A stretch of 62,843 bases of DNA from Thermoplasmatota archaeon (GTDB taxonomy: Archaea > Thermoplasmatota > Penumbrarchaeia > Penumbrarchaeales > Penumbrarchaeaceae). Positions within the stretch are counted from its first letter, which is position 1; each line of letters starts with the position of its first letter. Under the pieces are notes generated by a model. The model saw only the letters and a list, made by a program, of their open reading frames with translations, was not told where the DNA came from and did no database searches. Positions 1 through 10,367 of this stretch are shown here, one piece after another. The stretch is taken from NCBI GenBank assembly GCA_965234725.1, contig CBDDUX010000071.1, positions 1-62,843 on the forward strand, in the 5' to 3' direction. The position numbers were made by a program, and so were the translations under genes.

Positions 1-154
1 ATCACGTTATTTAAAACTTGCTCTCTTAACCCTTTCAATCTTCCTAAAGGGGTACTAAAAAAAATGTTTTGAATCCTATTGATGAATATCTCCATGTCCT
101 TGAACCATGAATATGTTTATTTAACCCTGTACGTTTGGGAAAGCAGGTGATGGA

Positions 155-1168
155 ATGAAGGTGAAGGTCGCTATAAACGGTTACGGAACAATAGGAAAGA
201 GAGTGGCTGATGCTGTTTCAAAGCAGGACGACATGGAGATAATCGGTGTCTCGAAGACGAGACCCACATACGAGGCAAGGATGGCTCTTGACAGGGGATT
301 CGACCTCTACTGTGCGGTAGATGAGAATCTGCCACTGTTCAAGGAGGCCGGAATTCCGATCAAGGGTGGACTGGAGGATATGCTTGGGAAGGCTGATGTT
401 GTGGTTGATTGCACACCTGGCAAGCTTGGGGTCAACAATATGGAAACCTATAAGAAAGCCGGTGTAAAGGCTATCTTCCAGGGAGGGGAGAAGCATGAAC
501 GTATCGGACTATCCTTCAATGCATTATCTAACTACAAGGATAATCTGGGGGCGGACTTTACAAGGGTTGTAAGCTGCAATACCACAGGTTTAACAAGGAC
601 ATTGTTCCCATTGACCCAGAAAATAGGTGTAAAGAAGGTATATGCCACCATGATCAGAAGGGGACCTGATCCTAATGATTCCAAGAAGGGGCCGGTAAAT
701 GCAATAATACCCGTTCTCAAGGTCCCATCCCATCACGGTCCTGATGTCAAGACAGTGATCGAGGGGCTGGACATTGATACCATGGCAGTTGCTGTACCAA
801 CGACATTGATGCATCTCCACACCATTGTAGTAAAGCTCAAGAGGGAGTCATCCAGAGAAGAGGTACTCTCGATCTGGAAGGATACTCCCAGAGTCAAGTT
901 GGTCAGCGGAAAGGAGGGAATAGTCTCAACCGCACAGATAATGGAATTGGCCAGGGACCTGATCAGAGAAAGGTCCGATCTCAACGAGATAGCTGTCTGG
1001 GAGGACGGGGTCCATGTGATCAACGACCATCTCTATTACTATCAGGCCATCCATCAAGAATCGGATGTGGTCCCGGAAAACATAGACTGCATCAGGGCAA
1101 TGTTCAAACTTACAGAGGATAATCTGGCATCCATTAAGAAAACGAATGAGGGCCTTGGCATCCAATAG
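155..1168 (+). CDS. gap: Glyceraldehyde-3-phosphate dehydrogenase, archaeal type II
   Basis: NGYGTIGKRVADAV dinucleotide motif, catalytic VVSCNTTG, PSHHGPDV, HQESDVVPENID; SD GGTGA upstream. Confidence 0.97.
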   Translation: MKVKVAINGYGTIGKRVADAVSKQDDMEIIGVSKTRPTYEARMALDRGFDLYCAVDENLPLFKEAGIPIKGGLEDMLGKADVVVDCTPGKLGVNNMETYKKAGVKAIFQGGEKHERIGLSFNALSNYKDNLGADFTRVVSCNTTGLTRTLFPLTQKIGVKKVYATMIRRGPDPNDSKKGPVNAIIPVLKVPSHHGPDVKTVIEGLDIDTMAVAVPTTLMHLHTIVVKLKRESSREEVLSIWKDTPRVKLVSGKEGIVSTAQIMELARDLIRERSDLNEIAVWEDGVHVINDHLYYYQAIHQESDVVPENIDCIRAMFKLTEDNLASIKKTNEGLGIQ

Positions 1169-1287
1169 AGGTAATTCTTTATTATACTACTAATAAAAAG
1201 GATTCGTTATGGTTATATACTTTACCCACCTTCAATAAAGTGCATACTCAGACCTATGTACAATGAGTCACAGTGAGGGGTATAGAA

Positions 1288-2109
1288 ATGGATCTAGGTC
1301 CAGCAAGGAATCCAAAGTTCATCCAAAATGGCGGCCAGGGATTTCCCCAGAAGAGGGTTGTCAAGAAAGGTGCTGGCAAGGCTAGGAAGGCCAGTAGCGG
1401 AGGTAGAAGGCTGGATGAACTGCTTGGGGGAGGTTTTCCCTTCCGATCCATATCCATGGTCCAGGGCCCTGCATTCATTGGTAAGGATGCACTTCTTACC
1501 CAATTCATCGCAGAAGGGATCAAGTTCGGCATTCCCTCTCTGATCGTCCTAACCCATTATACCACTTCAAAGTTCAGGAAAAGGATCGTGGAAATGGATA
1601 GTAAGCTGGAGGAACGGGAGCGGTCCGGGCTTGTATCATATATTGACTGCCATGCCAAGACCGTGGGGCTTATGGGGAAGAATCCATTTGCAATTTATCT
1701 GAATGGTGTCAACGACCTTGATGCGGTGTCGAGCTCAATTGAGAGGTTCGAGACAGGCTTCAAGGAGAATTACTTCTATCACAGGGTCATATTCGATTCA
1801 CTATCCTCAATATTGAGGACCCATGGAGTGAACCGAACAATCGATTTCATCAATTCCCTATCGGCCAAGATGAAGGCATTGAACGGCATTGCCTTGATAG
1901 ATCTTGCAGGCGGCATACACAAGGCCGAGGATGTGAGCGCCATCGAACATTCGGTTGACGGTTCTCTCATAATGAAAGAGGAAAACGGCAAACACTACCT
2001 CATGGTCAAAGGCCTTGAGGATGTGAAAAGCGGTCAATGGGTAGAATACGGATTCAACGATCACGGCTTCGACATCAAAGGAAGCTTCACCCTCTCATAC
2101 ATCAAGTGA
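1288..2109 (+). CDS. RAD55/KaiC-like RecA-superfamily ATPase (single domain)
   Basis: SGxxxLDELLGGG, Walker A-like GPAFIGKD, Walker B VIFDSLS; ATG 1288 follows GTGAGGGG (ORF track starts at GTG 1273). Confidence 0.85.
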   Translation: MDLGPARNPKFIQNGGQGFPQKRVVKKGAGKARKASSGGRRLDELLGGGFPFRSISMVQGPAFIGKDALLTQFIAEGIKFGIPSLIVLTHYTTSKFRKRIVEMDSKLEERERSGLVSYIDCHAKTVGLMGKNPFAIYLNGVNDLDAVSSSIERFETGFKENYFYHRVIFDSLSSILRTHGVNRTIDFINSLSAKMKALNGIALIDLAGGIHKAEDVSAIEHSVDGSLIMKEENGKHYLMVKGLEDVKSGQWVEYGFNDHGFDIKGSFTLSYIK

Positions 2110-2124
2110 TCCCCATGAGGGGAT

Positions 2125-2438
2125 ATGGACGAATTCTTGAAAGAAAGAGTGAATTTGAAACAGCTGATGCTCTCAAAAGCAGACAGGTCAATGAAGAGGT
2201 TCCTCACCTTGACACAGAGATCTACAATAACGGAGCATTGGACAGGAAGACCAAGGAACTTCTTGGACTTGTGGCTTCAACTGTACTGATATGCGATGAC
2301 TGTATCAACTATCACTTGAACACTTGTATGGAAATGGGTGTCACCGATCAGGAATTGACAGAGGCGATGGATATCGCTCTGGTGGTTAGAGGTTCGATCA
2401 ACATTCCCCATATCAGAAGAGCCTATCGATCCTGGTAG
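2125..2438 (+). pseudogene. Carboxymuconolactone decarboxylase/AhpD-family gene with an apparent frameshift near 2203-2208
   Basis: SD GAGGGG + ATG 2125 gives MDEFLKERVNLKQLMLSKADRSMKRFL in one frame; the family core LDTEIYNNGALDRKTKELLGLVASTVLICDDCINYH is in another frame. Confidence 0.7.
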
Positions 2439-2453
2439 AGCTCCAAGTGATCA

Positions 2454-5411
2454 TCATTCCTCTTCCAGCGGATTTCCTTTTCTGATCATGAGATAGATCA
2501 ATGCAAGGATGATAACGAAAACTGATCCACCCAATATCAGGAATAATATTGGGAAATTCTCTTCTTCATCATCCTGTCCGGGTTCCTGAACCTCCCAGGT
2601 GTAGATCCGTTCCAATACTGGAAGGTCAGAATCGTTGCCTCCGTTATTGGTAAGAGAAACATGGACCTTGAAAAGATCACCTTTCTCTAGATCGGGTCCT
2701 TCTATCTTGAGATAGTAATGCCCTGGCGAGTTCAGATCTTCCACAAGGATCTTGGAGGTCCTATCCCCCAATGGGCCTGTGAGGACCAGCCAAAGCTCCT
2801 GATCGGAATTTCCCTCAAGGGTTACTATTATCTCACCCTCTTCTATTGAAATGTTCATTCCGAAGACAACTGCTTTTTCTGGTTCCTCGATGACAGGATC
2901 CAGGACATGGACCGAGAAATTCCTGGTCTCTGAGATCCCACCCTTGCCATCTTCCAAATAGAAGGTCACCTCCATCCAGGTGATATCTGTCTCCTCCGGG
3001 ATCGTAATGATAAGAGTGGTGGAGTTTCCAGTACACCACTGGCAATCGGTGATCAGGTTGACTTCATCCAATAGGTCATCGACATCCTCGGATATGCATG
3101 GATATGCTCCCAGATCGATGACCTTGGTCTCACCCCGTTTCATATGAAGCGTCCAGTTGGAGGGACAGAACAGATAAGGAGGATCGTTCACAGGAGAGAT
3201 CGATACAGGGAATTCCACATAAGTGATCCCTCCACTTGGATCCCTCATGGAGATGGTGAAGTTCCCAATACCGTAAGCGTTCAACCAGGGTGATATCCTC
3301 ATTGTACCATTTTCCAGGAACACTACGGTCCTGATCACATCGGAGGACCTCTCGAAGGTGTAGATGATCACCTCATTCTCTCTATCAAATGGGGCGATAT
3401 TATCCATATCGAAGTAGAGGTCCGTGTCCTCCGTCATATTGATAATATCTGGGGACAAATATTCCGGAGGGTCGTTAATTGACCTTATTTCGAGATAGAT
3501 GGAAGCAAAGGAGTCCATTTTTCCGTCTGACACATTGAGATACAGGATCGCTGTGCCGTGCCAATCATTGAGGGACCGAATCTCCAACTGGGTCCCTGAC
3601 AATGATATCTCCAGATCATCTGGAATGGAGGAATTCAGGGTTACGTTCAGTAAATCTCCCGGATCGGTATCCTGCCACCATCCTGTAACGTCCAACTTCA
3701 GAGTGGAATCCTCATCCATCTCAAGTGATGTGGGAACATCCAATTTCGGTGGGTCTTCAACGGGGATCACCGTAACCTTCAGATCGAAATTGACATCAGC
3801 ACCGTCACTATCCTTCACCCTGATCGAAACCGTGGTTGTGCCATACCATTCCGGCGGTGGGTCCAGGAACAACACTGGAGCTGTGGTGAATCCAATGGAA
3901 GAACCCAAGATCGAAGAGGAGGTAATTGTGATATTAAGAATGGAAATCGGATCTTCCGCATCTATAAGGATCGTTGACAGGGGGACAATTGAATCAACAT
4001 CTTCATAGATGTCGACCTTCCCCATTGATAAGAGGGCAGGAGGATCGTTCACTTCGTCTATGGTGACCATGAAGAAGGTCCAGTTGGTATCTCTCATTCG
4101 ATCGGATGCCCTGATCCTCAATTGGACGTTTCCCGATACATTATCATATGAAGTAAGAACGAGGGTATTGTCAACGATCGAGGCGTTCAACTTACCCTTG
4201 TTTGTATAATTGGTGTATTCTGTTCCATTCCATAGAGTATAGGTCAGCGTATCTCCGGGATCCGGATCGCTGAAGGTGTTGCCAAGATCATATATGTATT
4301 CGATGAAATCCTCTTCCAGGGAGATGGTCCTGTTGTTCCTGTCATATGTTGGTTCTGTGTTGTTCTTCCATATGGTTAGAGCGGATTTCGGAGTACCGTC
4401 GTTATACCTTAGTCCGGTGGAATCAGTGGGGCCGATATCATGGAGCCAGGGCCAACCAAGAAGTTCAAGGTCCAATCCCTGATCGAATGTCAATCTACCT
4501 GTGATGTTCTTGATGAATGCGGATTGCTCGCGTTCACCCCCGAAATCTGGAATTGACGGCCATGCCGCCTCGGAGAATCCCACTTTTTTTGGACCTGTAT
4601 GGAGAAGGACAGACGAGTAATATTCATCTGGAATGTCGAAAACCCTGTTGATCCCCTGCACGGAGTGCGGGTAGGTGGTCAGAACCAGAAGGTCCAACCT
4701 GTCCGGATCGAACATATCTAGAACTGACATGTTTGCCTCTTGGTGCTTTGACACCATTTCTCTGGAGAATGTGCAAAAGACGTCTGTTTCAGGTGAGAGT
4801 GATTTCACTGCATCATAGGTCTCATTGTAAAGGGAGACATAATGCTGGAATCCGTTGTCATCTCCGGGATCCGCACCATATTCCTCGAACCATCTGTTAA
4901 CCTCATTCCCAATTGAGAGATATTTTGGTTTAGATGCGTTCACGATGTCCTTAGCAGACCTGATGTATAGTTCCCTCCAGGTGCTATCAGATAACGTTGG
5001 AGAGATCATTTCAGGTGGTGCCATCAGGGACATGTTCTTCCCGAAGAAGCTCATATGGATCAGTGGGAACATCCCGTTCCCTCTGATCAGGTCCTCCACG
5101 AAGATATCTCCCCAGGGACCTGCAAGGTCCGTTGATAGATTGTAGAATGGAGATGGTTTTCCCCAAACCGGAGCGAACTGTGAATGGAGAGAGACATTCT
5201 CATAGACCTCTTCGAATGTCTGAGATGGATTGGGATTCGGGAGCATGCCTTTGAAAAATCCGGAAGGTGGGAGTTGCGGATCATCAACGGGGGTGACCAA
5301 GATCTCGGAGGAAGGATCACCTGAAGATCTGCCCATGATAGGAGTACTCAACAGTAATAGTGACAGGATGAAGAATGAAAGGAGAACGTTTCTTCTCATC
5401 GTAGCTACCAC
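2454..5411 (-). CDS. Membrane-anchored surface protein: clan GH-A-like TIM barrel followed by cadherin/Ig-like repeats
   Basis: Signal peptide; SIGNEVN and GFSEAAW putative catalytic Glu motifs; repeated VND(P)P/EDT cadherin-like linkers; C-terminal TM + RKGNPLEEE; ATG 5399 is an alternative start. Confidence 0.75.
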   Translation of the reverse strand: MVATMRRNVLLSFFILSLLLLSTPIMGRSSGDPSSEILVTPVDDPQLPPSGFFKGMLPNPNPSQTFEEVYENVSLHSQFAPVWGKPSPFYNLSTDLAGPWGDIFVEDLIRGNGMFPLIHMSFFGKNMSLMAPPEMISPTLSDSTWRELYIRSAKDIVNASKPKYLSIGNEVNRWFEEYGADPGDDNGFQHYVSLYNETYDAVKSLSPETDVFCTFSREMVSKHQEANMSVLDMFDPDRLDLLVLTTYPHSVQGINRVFDIPDEYYSSVLLHTGPKKVGFSEAAWPSIPDFGGEREQSAFIKNITGRLTFDQGLDLELLGWPWLHDIGPTDSTGLRYNDGTPKSALTIWKNNTEPTYDRNNRTISLEEDFIEYIYDLGNTFSDPDPGDTLTYTLWNGTEYTNYTNKGKLNASIVDNTLVLTSYDNVSGNVQLRIRASDRMRDTNWTFFMVTIDEVNDPPALLSMGKVDIYEDVDSIVPLSTILIDAEDPISILNITITSSSILGSSIGFTTAPVLFLDPPPEWYGTTTVSIRVKDSDGADVNFDLKVTVIPVEDPPKLDVPTSLEMDEDSTLKLDVTGWWQDTDPGDLLNVTLNSSIPDDLEISLSGTQLEIRSLNDWHGTAILYLNVSDGKMDSFASIYLEIRSINDPPEYLSPDIINMTEDTDLYFDMDNIAPFDRENEVIIYTFERSSDVIRTVVFLENGTMRISPWLNAYGIGNFTISMRDPSGGITYVEFPVSISPVNDPPYLFCPSNWTLHMKRGETKVIDLGAYPCISEDVDDLLDEVNLITDCQWCTGNSTTLIITIPEETDITWMEVTFYLEDGKGGISETRNFSVHVLDPVIEEPEKAVVFGMNISIEEGEIIVTLEGNSDQELWLVLTGPLGDRTSKILVEDLNSPGHYYLKIEGPDLEKGDLFKVHVSLTNNGGNDSDLPVLERIYTWEVQEPGQDDEEENFPILFLILGGSVFVIILALIYLMIRKGNPLEEE

Positions 5412-5497
5412 ATTTCAATCGAGGGACTTGTATAAATCCTTTTTCGGGTCATCTGGATATCACACCAATTATATTCTAAGCCAACGTTCCGTTGTTG

Positions 5498-6136
5498 ATG
5501 TCGCTGGCGGTCCTTACCGATTTCGATGGAACTGTTGCAGAGACAGATTCATCATATGCGGTCCTGGAGAAGTTTGGTGATAAGGAATGGATGAGGATCG
5601 AGAAAGAGGCACTGGAATACAGGATAACGATCCTTGAAGCATTGGAACTTCAGGCGAGGATGGTAAAAGCATCTCCCGAGGAAGCTTCCGTCTATATCAG
5701 GGAGAATGTGAAACCTCGAGAGGGTTTCATGGAGTTTGCCAATTGGTGCATGGATAATGATATCCATCTGGAGATCTGCTCCGACGGTTTCGGATGGACC
5801 ATAGAGAACCTGCTATCCTACTGGGGCCTCGATTGGATCCCATGGTCCTCCAACTCTACGATCCCCAAGAAAGAGGGATGGGAGATCACATTTCCTTACA
5901 GAAGAGAAGGATGCCCCATCAATGCCAACTGCAAGTGTTCCCATTACGAGAGATTGAAGGAGAGATATGACAAGGTCCTCTTCATCGGTGACGGGACCAC
6001 CGATGAATGTGTTGCGAAGAAAGCGGAGATCGTATTTGCAAAAGATAAACTCCTTGAGATCTGTAAGAGGGATGGGATCGATTGCATTCCGTGGGAGAAT
6101 TGGAGGGAGGTCAGAAAGGGCGTTGAGGACCTTTAA
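5498..6136 (+). CDS. HAD-IB phosphatase, MtnX-like
   Basis: DFDGT motif I, CSDG, CKC, IGDGTTD motif IV, FAKD. Confidence 0.88.
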   Translation: MSLAVLTDFDGTVAETDSSYAVLEKFGDKEWMRIEKEALEYRITILEALELQARMVKASPEEASVYIRENVKPREGFMEFANWCMDNDIHLEICSDGFGWTIENLLSYWGLDWIPWSSNSTIPKKEGWEITFPYRREGCPINANCKCSHYERLKERYDKVLFIGDGTTDECVAKKAEIVFAKDKLLEICKRDGIDCIPWENWREVRKGVEDL

Positions 6137-6140
6137 AAGA

Positions 6141-6278
6141 TCAGATCCCAGACAAGTTCTGATCAATTTCCCTTTTAGCTCTCCTGCCTCCAAATGCATG
6201 GATGGACCTGGTTCCCGCTATAGCCTCTCCACCATGAAATGTTCCTTTCGGAATGAAAAGTTCATCCCCCTTCCCCAT
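6141..6278 (-). pseudogene. C-terminal remnant of a cupin gene
   Basis: Translates MGKGDELFIPKGTFHGGEAIAGTRSIHAFGGRRA...; matches cupin motif 2 G-x5-P-x-G-x2-H; in-frame TAA just upstream, motif 1 absent. Confidence 0.65.
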
Positions 6279-6615
6279 TTTCTTTTCTTATATTGATTTT
6301 AGAAAGGACCTTCTCCACTAATAAACCTACAAAGGCCCCTATGGTGAAATATAGGAAAATATTGAGGATGATAATTACAACGATCCAGGCAGTTGGACTT
6401 GTTATCCCGACCCCTATGATCTTTGTAACGAAATGGTATAAGGCCAATCCTGGGATATTGACCATGACCAGAGGGATGATACCTCCAAAGTCCCATTCGT
6501 AAGGATCGCTGACATATTTGCGGTTGTAGAGAAAAGCAAGGACCATCAGGATCACATATAGTATTGATGTGAACGAACCAACGAATTTCCAGGTTGCGAT
6601 CCTGTTCATTCTCAT
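6262..6615 (-). CDS. Small hypothetical membrane protein (about 3 TM)
   Basis: Hydrophobic segments; GGGGAG SD; AT-rich upstream region. Confidence 0.7.
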   Translation of the reverse strand: MRMNRIATWKFVGSFTSILYVILMVLAFLYNRKYVSDPYEWDFGGIIPLVMVNIPGLALYHFVTKIIGVGITSPTAWIVVIIILNIFLYFTIGAFVGLLVEKVLSKINIRKENGEGG

Positions 6616-6750
6616 CTATTCTCCCCGCCTTTATTTTGACCTTTATCTGACAATAACAATAAATGATAATCGATGTACAATTATTATTTTTTCACAGAGA
6701 AGTGAAATTTACAAGAATATAAAATTATATATTCATTTCAGAATGGAACA

Positions 6751-7929
6751 CTAAGCAAGGATCCTCTCATAGACCTCGAGGAGCCTCTTTGCCTCGACTT
6801 CTACGGAAAAATCAGAGGTGACGCCCTCTCTTCCTCTCTCACCCATCTCCTTTCTCTTATTATCATCATCAAGAAGGACCTTGAAAGCTTCTGCGATCTT
6901 CCTCGGGTCCTGGTCAACATACAGACCATTATTCCATTGGATGAGATCCGCCAGATTCGGAAGGTCAAATAGGACCACCGGAAGCTTGCAGGCCATGGCT
7001 TCCCTTATCGTTATCGAGGCTTTACCCCAGAATCCTATGTCAGCTCCGTTGTATACCATTGCAAGCTCGCTGGAATTCTTGAATCCTATGAACTGGACCC
7101 TCTCATCCGAGATGTCCTTCAGCATCTTCAGGTAGTTGTCATCCCCCTGACCGATCACCACCATCAGAACATCCTTATCATCGATATATTTCAATGACTC
7201 TATGAATTTCTCAAGCTTCTTGGCCTTGTCCAACCTTCCGGCTGTAACAAGGACCTTCTTCCCTTCCCATCCCATTTTCTTTCTGTATTCTTTCCTTACA
7301 CATCCATCCTCGATGAACTTCCTGTGATCAATTCCAAGAGGTATGAAGATCGGCTCTTTGATATGATAGAATCTTTTCAGGAATTCCTGTGTCTGCCTGT
7401 ATTTGGCAACCACAGCATCAGCTCTTTTCAATGAATATCTTGCAAGGGGGGCCCTGATCATCCTGTACTCCTTGTCAAGCAGCCAATTTCTGAAGGTCTT
7501 CTTCTGATCATATGTGGTGTCGTAACCATGTTCATCTACCACAAGCTTGAATCCCAGTCTCTCCTTTGCCTTGGCAGCTTGGTAGGAGCCCCACTGGTAG
7601 GGTATATGACAATGGACAATGTCGGGTTTGATCCTTTCCAGTTCCGTTATAATATCCTTGTAAATAATGAAATCATAAAGGGTCTCAAGGACCGTCCCTT
7701 TACGATGGATGGTGAATCCATCCATCCTTGTATCTCCAAGTGGCCGGTTCCTTGTCTTAAACTCGGAACCCATGTCCGATAGCATCTTCTCTACGTTCCT
7801 GAAGGGGAAGATCCTATCAGAAGTTATCACATGTACCTCATTTCCCAGTGCGGACTGCTCCCTTGCACTGAAATATTCCTCGTAACCGAATTCCGGCTGG
7901 AAATAGGAGACAACATGAACTATTTTCAA
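6751..7929 (-). CDS. Glycosyltransferase family 4
   Basis: MKIVHV start, AGRLDKAK, REAMACKLPVV GT-B signature. Confidence 0.92.
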   Translation of the reverse strand: MKIVHVVSYFQPEFGYEEYFSAREQSALGNEVHVITSDRIFPFRNVEKMLSDMGSEFKTRNRPLGDTRMDGFTIHRKGTVLETLYDFIIYKDIITELERIKPDIVHCHIPYQWGSYQAAKAKERLGFKLVVDEHGYDTTYDQKKTFRNWLLDKEYRMIRAPLARYSLKRADAVVAKYRQTQEFLKRFYHIKEPIFIPLGIDHRKFIEDGCVRKEYRKKMGWEGKKVLVTAGRLDKAKKLEKFIESLKYIDDKDVLMVVIGQGDDNYLKMLKDISDERVQFIGFKNSSELAMVYNGADIGFWGKASITIREAMACKLPVVLFDLPNLADLIQWNNGLYVDQDPRKIAEAFKVLLDDDNKRKEMGERGREGVTSDFSVEVEAKRLLEVYERILA

Positions 7930-8095
7930 ACAAAACGACTAATGGTACAAGGTTAATATTCTTTTTCCAGGTGTGGTTCTTAACAACCTGCATTTATCAA
8001 ATTATCAATGTAAAAACAGGCATTATTTCCATGAATTTACAGAGTTTGCTTCGTTCATGTTTAATAACCATGGGAACATTCCATCTTCGGTTCAG

Positions 8096-9178
8096 ATGAT
8101 CGGGCTCTCTGGTAGATTGGTCCTCCCTGATGGGGTCGAGGATAAGACCATCATCATAAACGAAGGAAAGATCATCGATATCTTCGATGGATTTGATAAT
8201 GATCTGGATGATGTCACCGACCGATTCCAAGGAATGATATATCCCGGATTGGTCGATATGCATACCCACCTCGGGGATAACCTGGCAAGAGGGGCCCTTC
8301 CCTCCGATCTAAGACAGGTCGTCCTGCCTGGAGGTGTCAAGGATAGGTTCCTGAGAAATTCATCACGATCCTTGAAGGTGAAATCGATCAGGAGGTCCAT
8401 AGAAGAGATCTGTAAAGGTGTCACAAGTCTATTGGATTTCAGGGAAGGTGGGATCGAAGGCATCTCCATCCTTGAAGAGGCCGCTAAGGGGACCTTATCA
8501 GATATCCTGGTTTTAGCCAGACCAGAAAAGAGAGATGACGTTCCATCCCTATTAGAGAGATCATCAGGTCTGGGTCTTCCCTCATTGGATTCCTGTAATG
8601 CAGAACTGAGAGAAATAACCCAAAAAGCAGGCAAGATATTCTCATTCCATGCTTCAGAGATGTATCGGGAGGATATTGACCGAATACTCGATCTGCATCC
8701 GGACCTCCTCGTGCACATGATATCTGGGACCAGGGATGATTGGAATGAACTTGTAAACGCCCGGATCCCAGTGGTTGTCTGCCCCAGATCAAACTTCGCT
8801 TACTCACTTCCGTTATCCCTTGCTGTAATGAACGATTCAGGACTGGCGATAGGTCTCGGAACTGACAATTCCCTTTCTGTAAGACAGGATATGTTCAGGG
8901 AGATGGAGATGGCCTGGCTCATGTTGAGGGAGTTTGGTATGGAAGGATCGGAAGCAGCCAGAGAGGTCTTCTCCATGGCAATAGGTGAAAAAATGAAGGA
9001 TACGGACCTTATAACGAAAATGGGAGAGTCTATAAGATGGTGGGAACAGGGATGGCCCAGAAAGGGGGATCCGTCCCATCTTATGGTCCTGGATGAGAAC
9101 AGGAAAATGGGCTCCGATCCCATATCTGACCTTGTCCGGTTCAGAGGTCAGAACAACGTTTTATTCACGGGACCCTGA
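8096..9178 (+). CDS. Metal-dependent amidohydrolase (deaminase-like)
   Basis: PGLVDMHTHLGD, FHASE, LVHM, CPRSN, LGTDN; start moved to ATG 8096 behind TTTAATAA. Confidence 0.88.
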   Translation: MIGLSGRLVLPDGVEDKTIIINEGKIIDIFDGFDNDLDDVTDRFQGMIYPGLVDMHTHLGDNLARGALPSDLRQVVLPGGVKDRFLRNSSRSLKVKSIRRSIEEICKGVTSLLDFREGGIEGISILEEAAKGTLSDILVLARPEKRDDVPSLLERSSGLGLPSLDSCNAELREITQKAGKIFSFHASEMYREDIDRILDLHPDLLVHMISGTRDDWNELVNARIPVVVCPRSNFAYSLPLSLAVMNDSGLAIGLGTDNSLSVRQDMFREMEMAWLMLREFGMEGSEAAREVFSMAIGEKMKDTDLITKMGESIRWWEQGWPRKGDPSHLMVLDENRKMGSDPISDLVRFRGQNNVLFTGP

Positions 9179-9209
9179 GCTGAGAATCATTAAATAACGG
9201 GGGAATATA

Positions 9210-10235
9210 GTGGAGGTCATGGATGAGATCAGAAAACTGGGTCTTGTTATCGATACGGACCATTTTTTCAAGAGCTTCATCCCGAAGATCGAAGAGAAGT
9301 TCCAAGTAAGGACCTACAATCCCCCTCAGCTCACAGGAGATGTGGCAGGTCCCGAGGATATCAGGAAACTGGTCACAGGTCACATGAACGATCTGGTCAA
9401 CATCGAAAAGATCCATAACTGGGCGGATGTGGTCTTCTACGAGTGGGCTTCTCGTCTTCTTGTCAAAGGAACGAGGAAGAAAAAGAAATGCAAGATCGTT
9501 ACACGCCTTCACAGATACGAGGTCTATTACTATATTGAGAAGATCGACTGGTCCAAGGTGGATGGAGTGATCTTCGTCTGCGACGCGATCAGACGCAAAT
9601 TCCTTGACCATCCAAAGGTCAAAGAGGAATTCAAAGGAAAGACCTGTGTGATCTGGAATTACCTTGACCTGTCCGGTTTCTCATTCAGCGATCATTCCTC
9701 AACAAAACAGATAGGCATACTTGCATACGCCCAGCACAGGAAAAGGTTCTACAGCCTTGTACTTGCCCATAATATGGCCCTGAAGAAGCATCCGGACCTC
9801 GTTCTAAGGATCGCCGGGGTTCCCAAGGACAAGGAATATCTGGATGCCATCCGTATGCTCATCGAGAAATTGGGGATCGAGGAGAATGTCAAACTGGATG
9901 GATATGTGGAGGACCTCAATGCCTGGTATCAAGGTCTGGACATCATAGTATCTAACTCCACTCATGAATCGACAAACCTCACCCTCTTCGAAGGAGCGGC
10001 TTCAGGAGCGTACCCACTCTGCCATATATGGGACGGAGCGGAAGAATTCCTTCCGGAAGAGAACCTCTACACTGACGCAGAGGATTATGTCAGGCATATC
10101 GATGAATTCTATTCACTATCTGAAGAAGAAAGGTTAGAAAAAAGGAAGGGTATAAGGAAGATATTGGAAGATAGGTTCAGTGATGGAAAACAACTGAACG
10201 AACTTGTTTCCGAACTTGAAGGTTATTTCGAATAA
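9210..10235 (+). CDS. Glycosyltransferase family 4-like
   Basis: RLHRYE, RKRF, NSTHES...FEGAASG GT-B motif. Confidence 0.85.
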   Translation: MEVMDEIRKLGLVIDTDHFFKSFIPKIEEKFQVRTYNPPQLTGDVAGPEDIRKLVTGHMNDLVNIEKIHNWADVVFYEWASRLLVKGTRKKKKCKIVTRLHRYEVYYYIEKIDWSKVDGVIFVCDAIRRKFLDHPKVKEEFKGKTCVIWNYLDLSGFSFSDHSSTKQIGILAYAQHRKRFYSLVLAHNMALKKHPDLVLRIAGVPKDKEYLDAIRMLIEKLGIEENVKLDGYVEDLNAWYQGLDIIVSNSTHESTNLTLFEGAASGAYPLCHIWDGAEEFLPEENLYTDAEDYVRHIDEFYSLSEEERLEKRKGIRKILEDRFSDGKQLNELVSELEGYFE

Positions 10236-10367
10236 TGAGGTTTTTTTATATATAATTTCAAAGTATCGAACGATCCTTGACCTCATCCAGTTTATTCCAA
10301 ATTTTCAAAACCCTTTAATATCAATTCCCTTATCCATCCAAACCAGTTCTAATCCCAGGTGATATAG

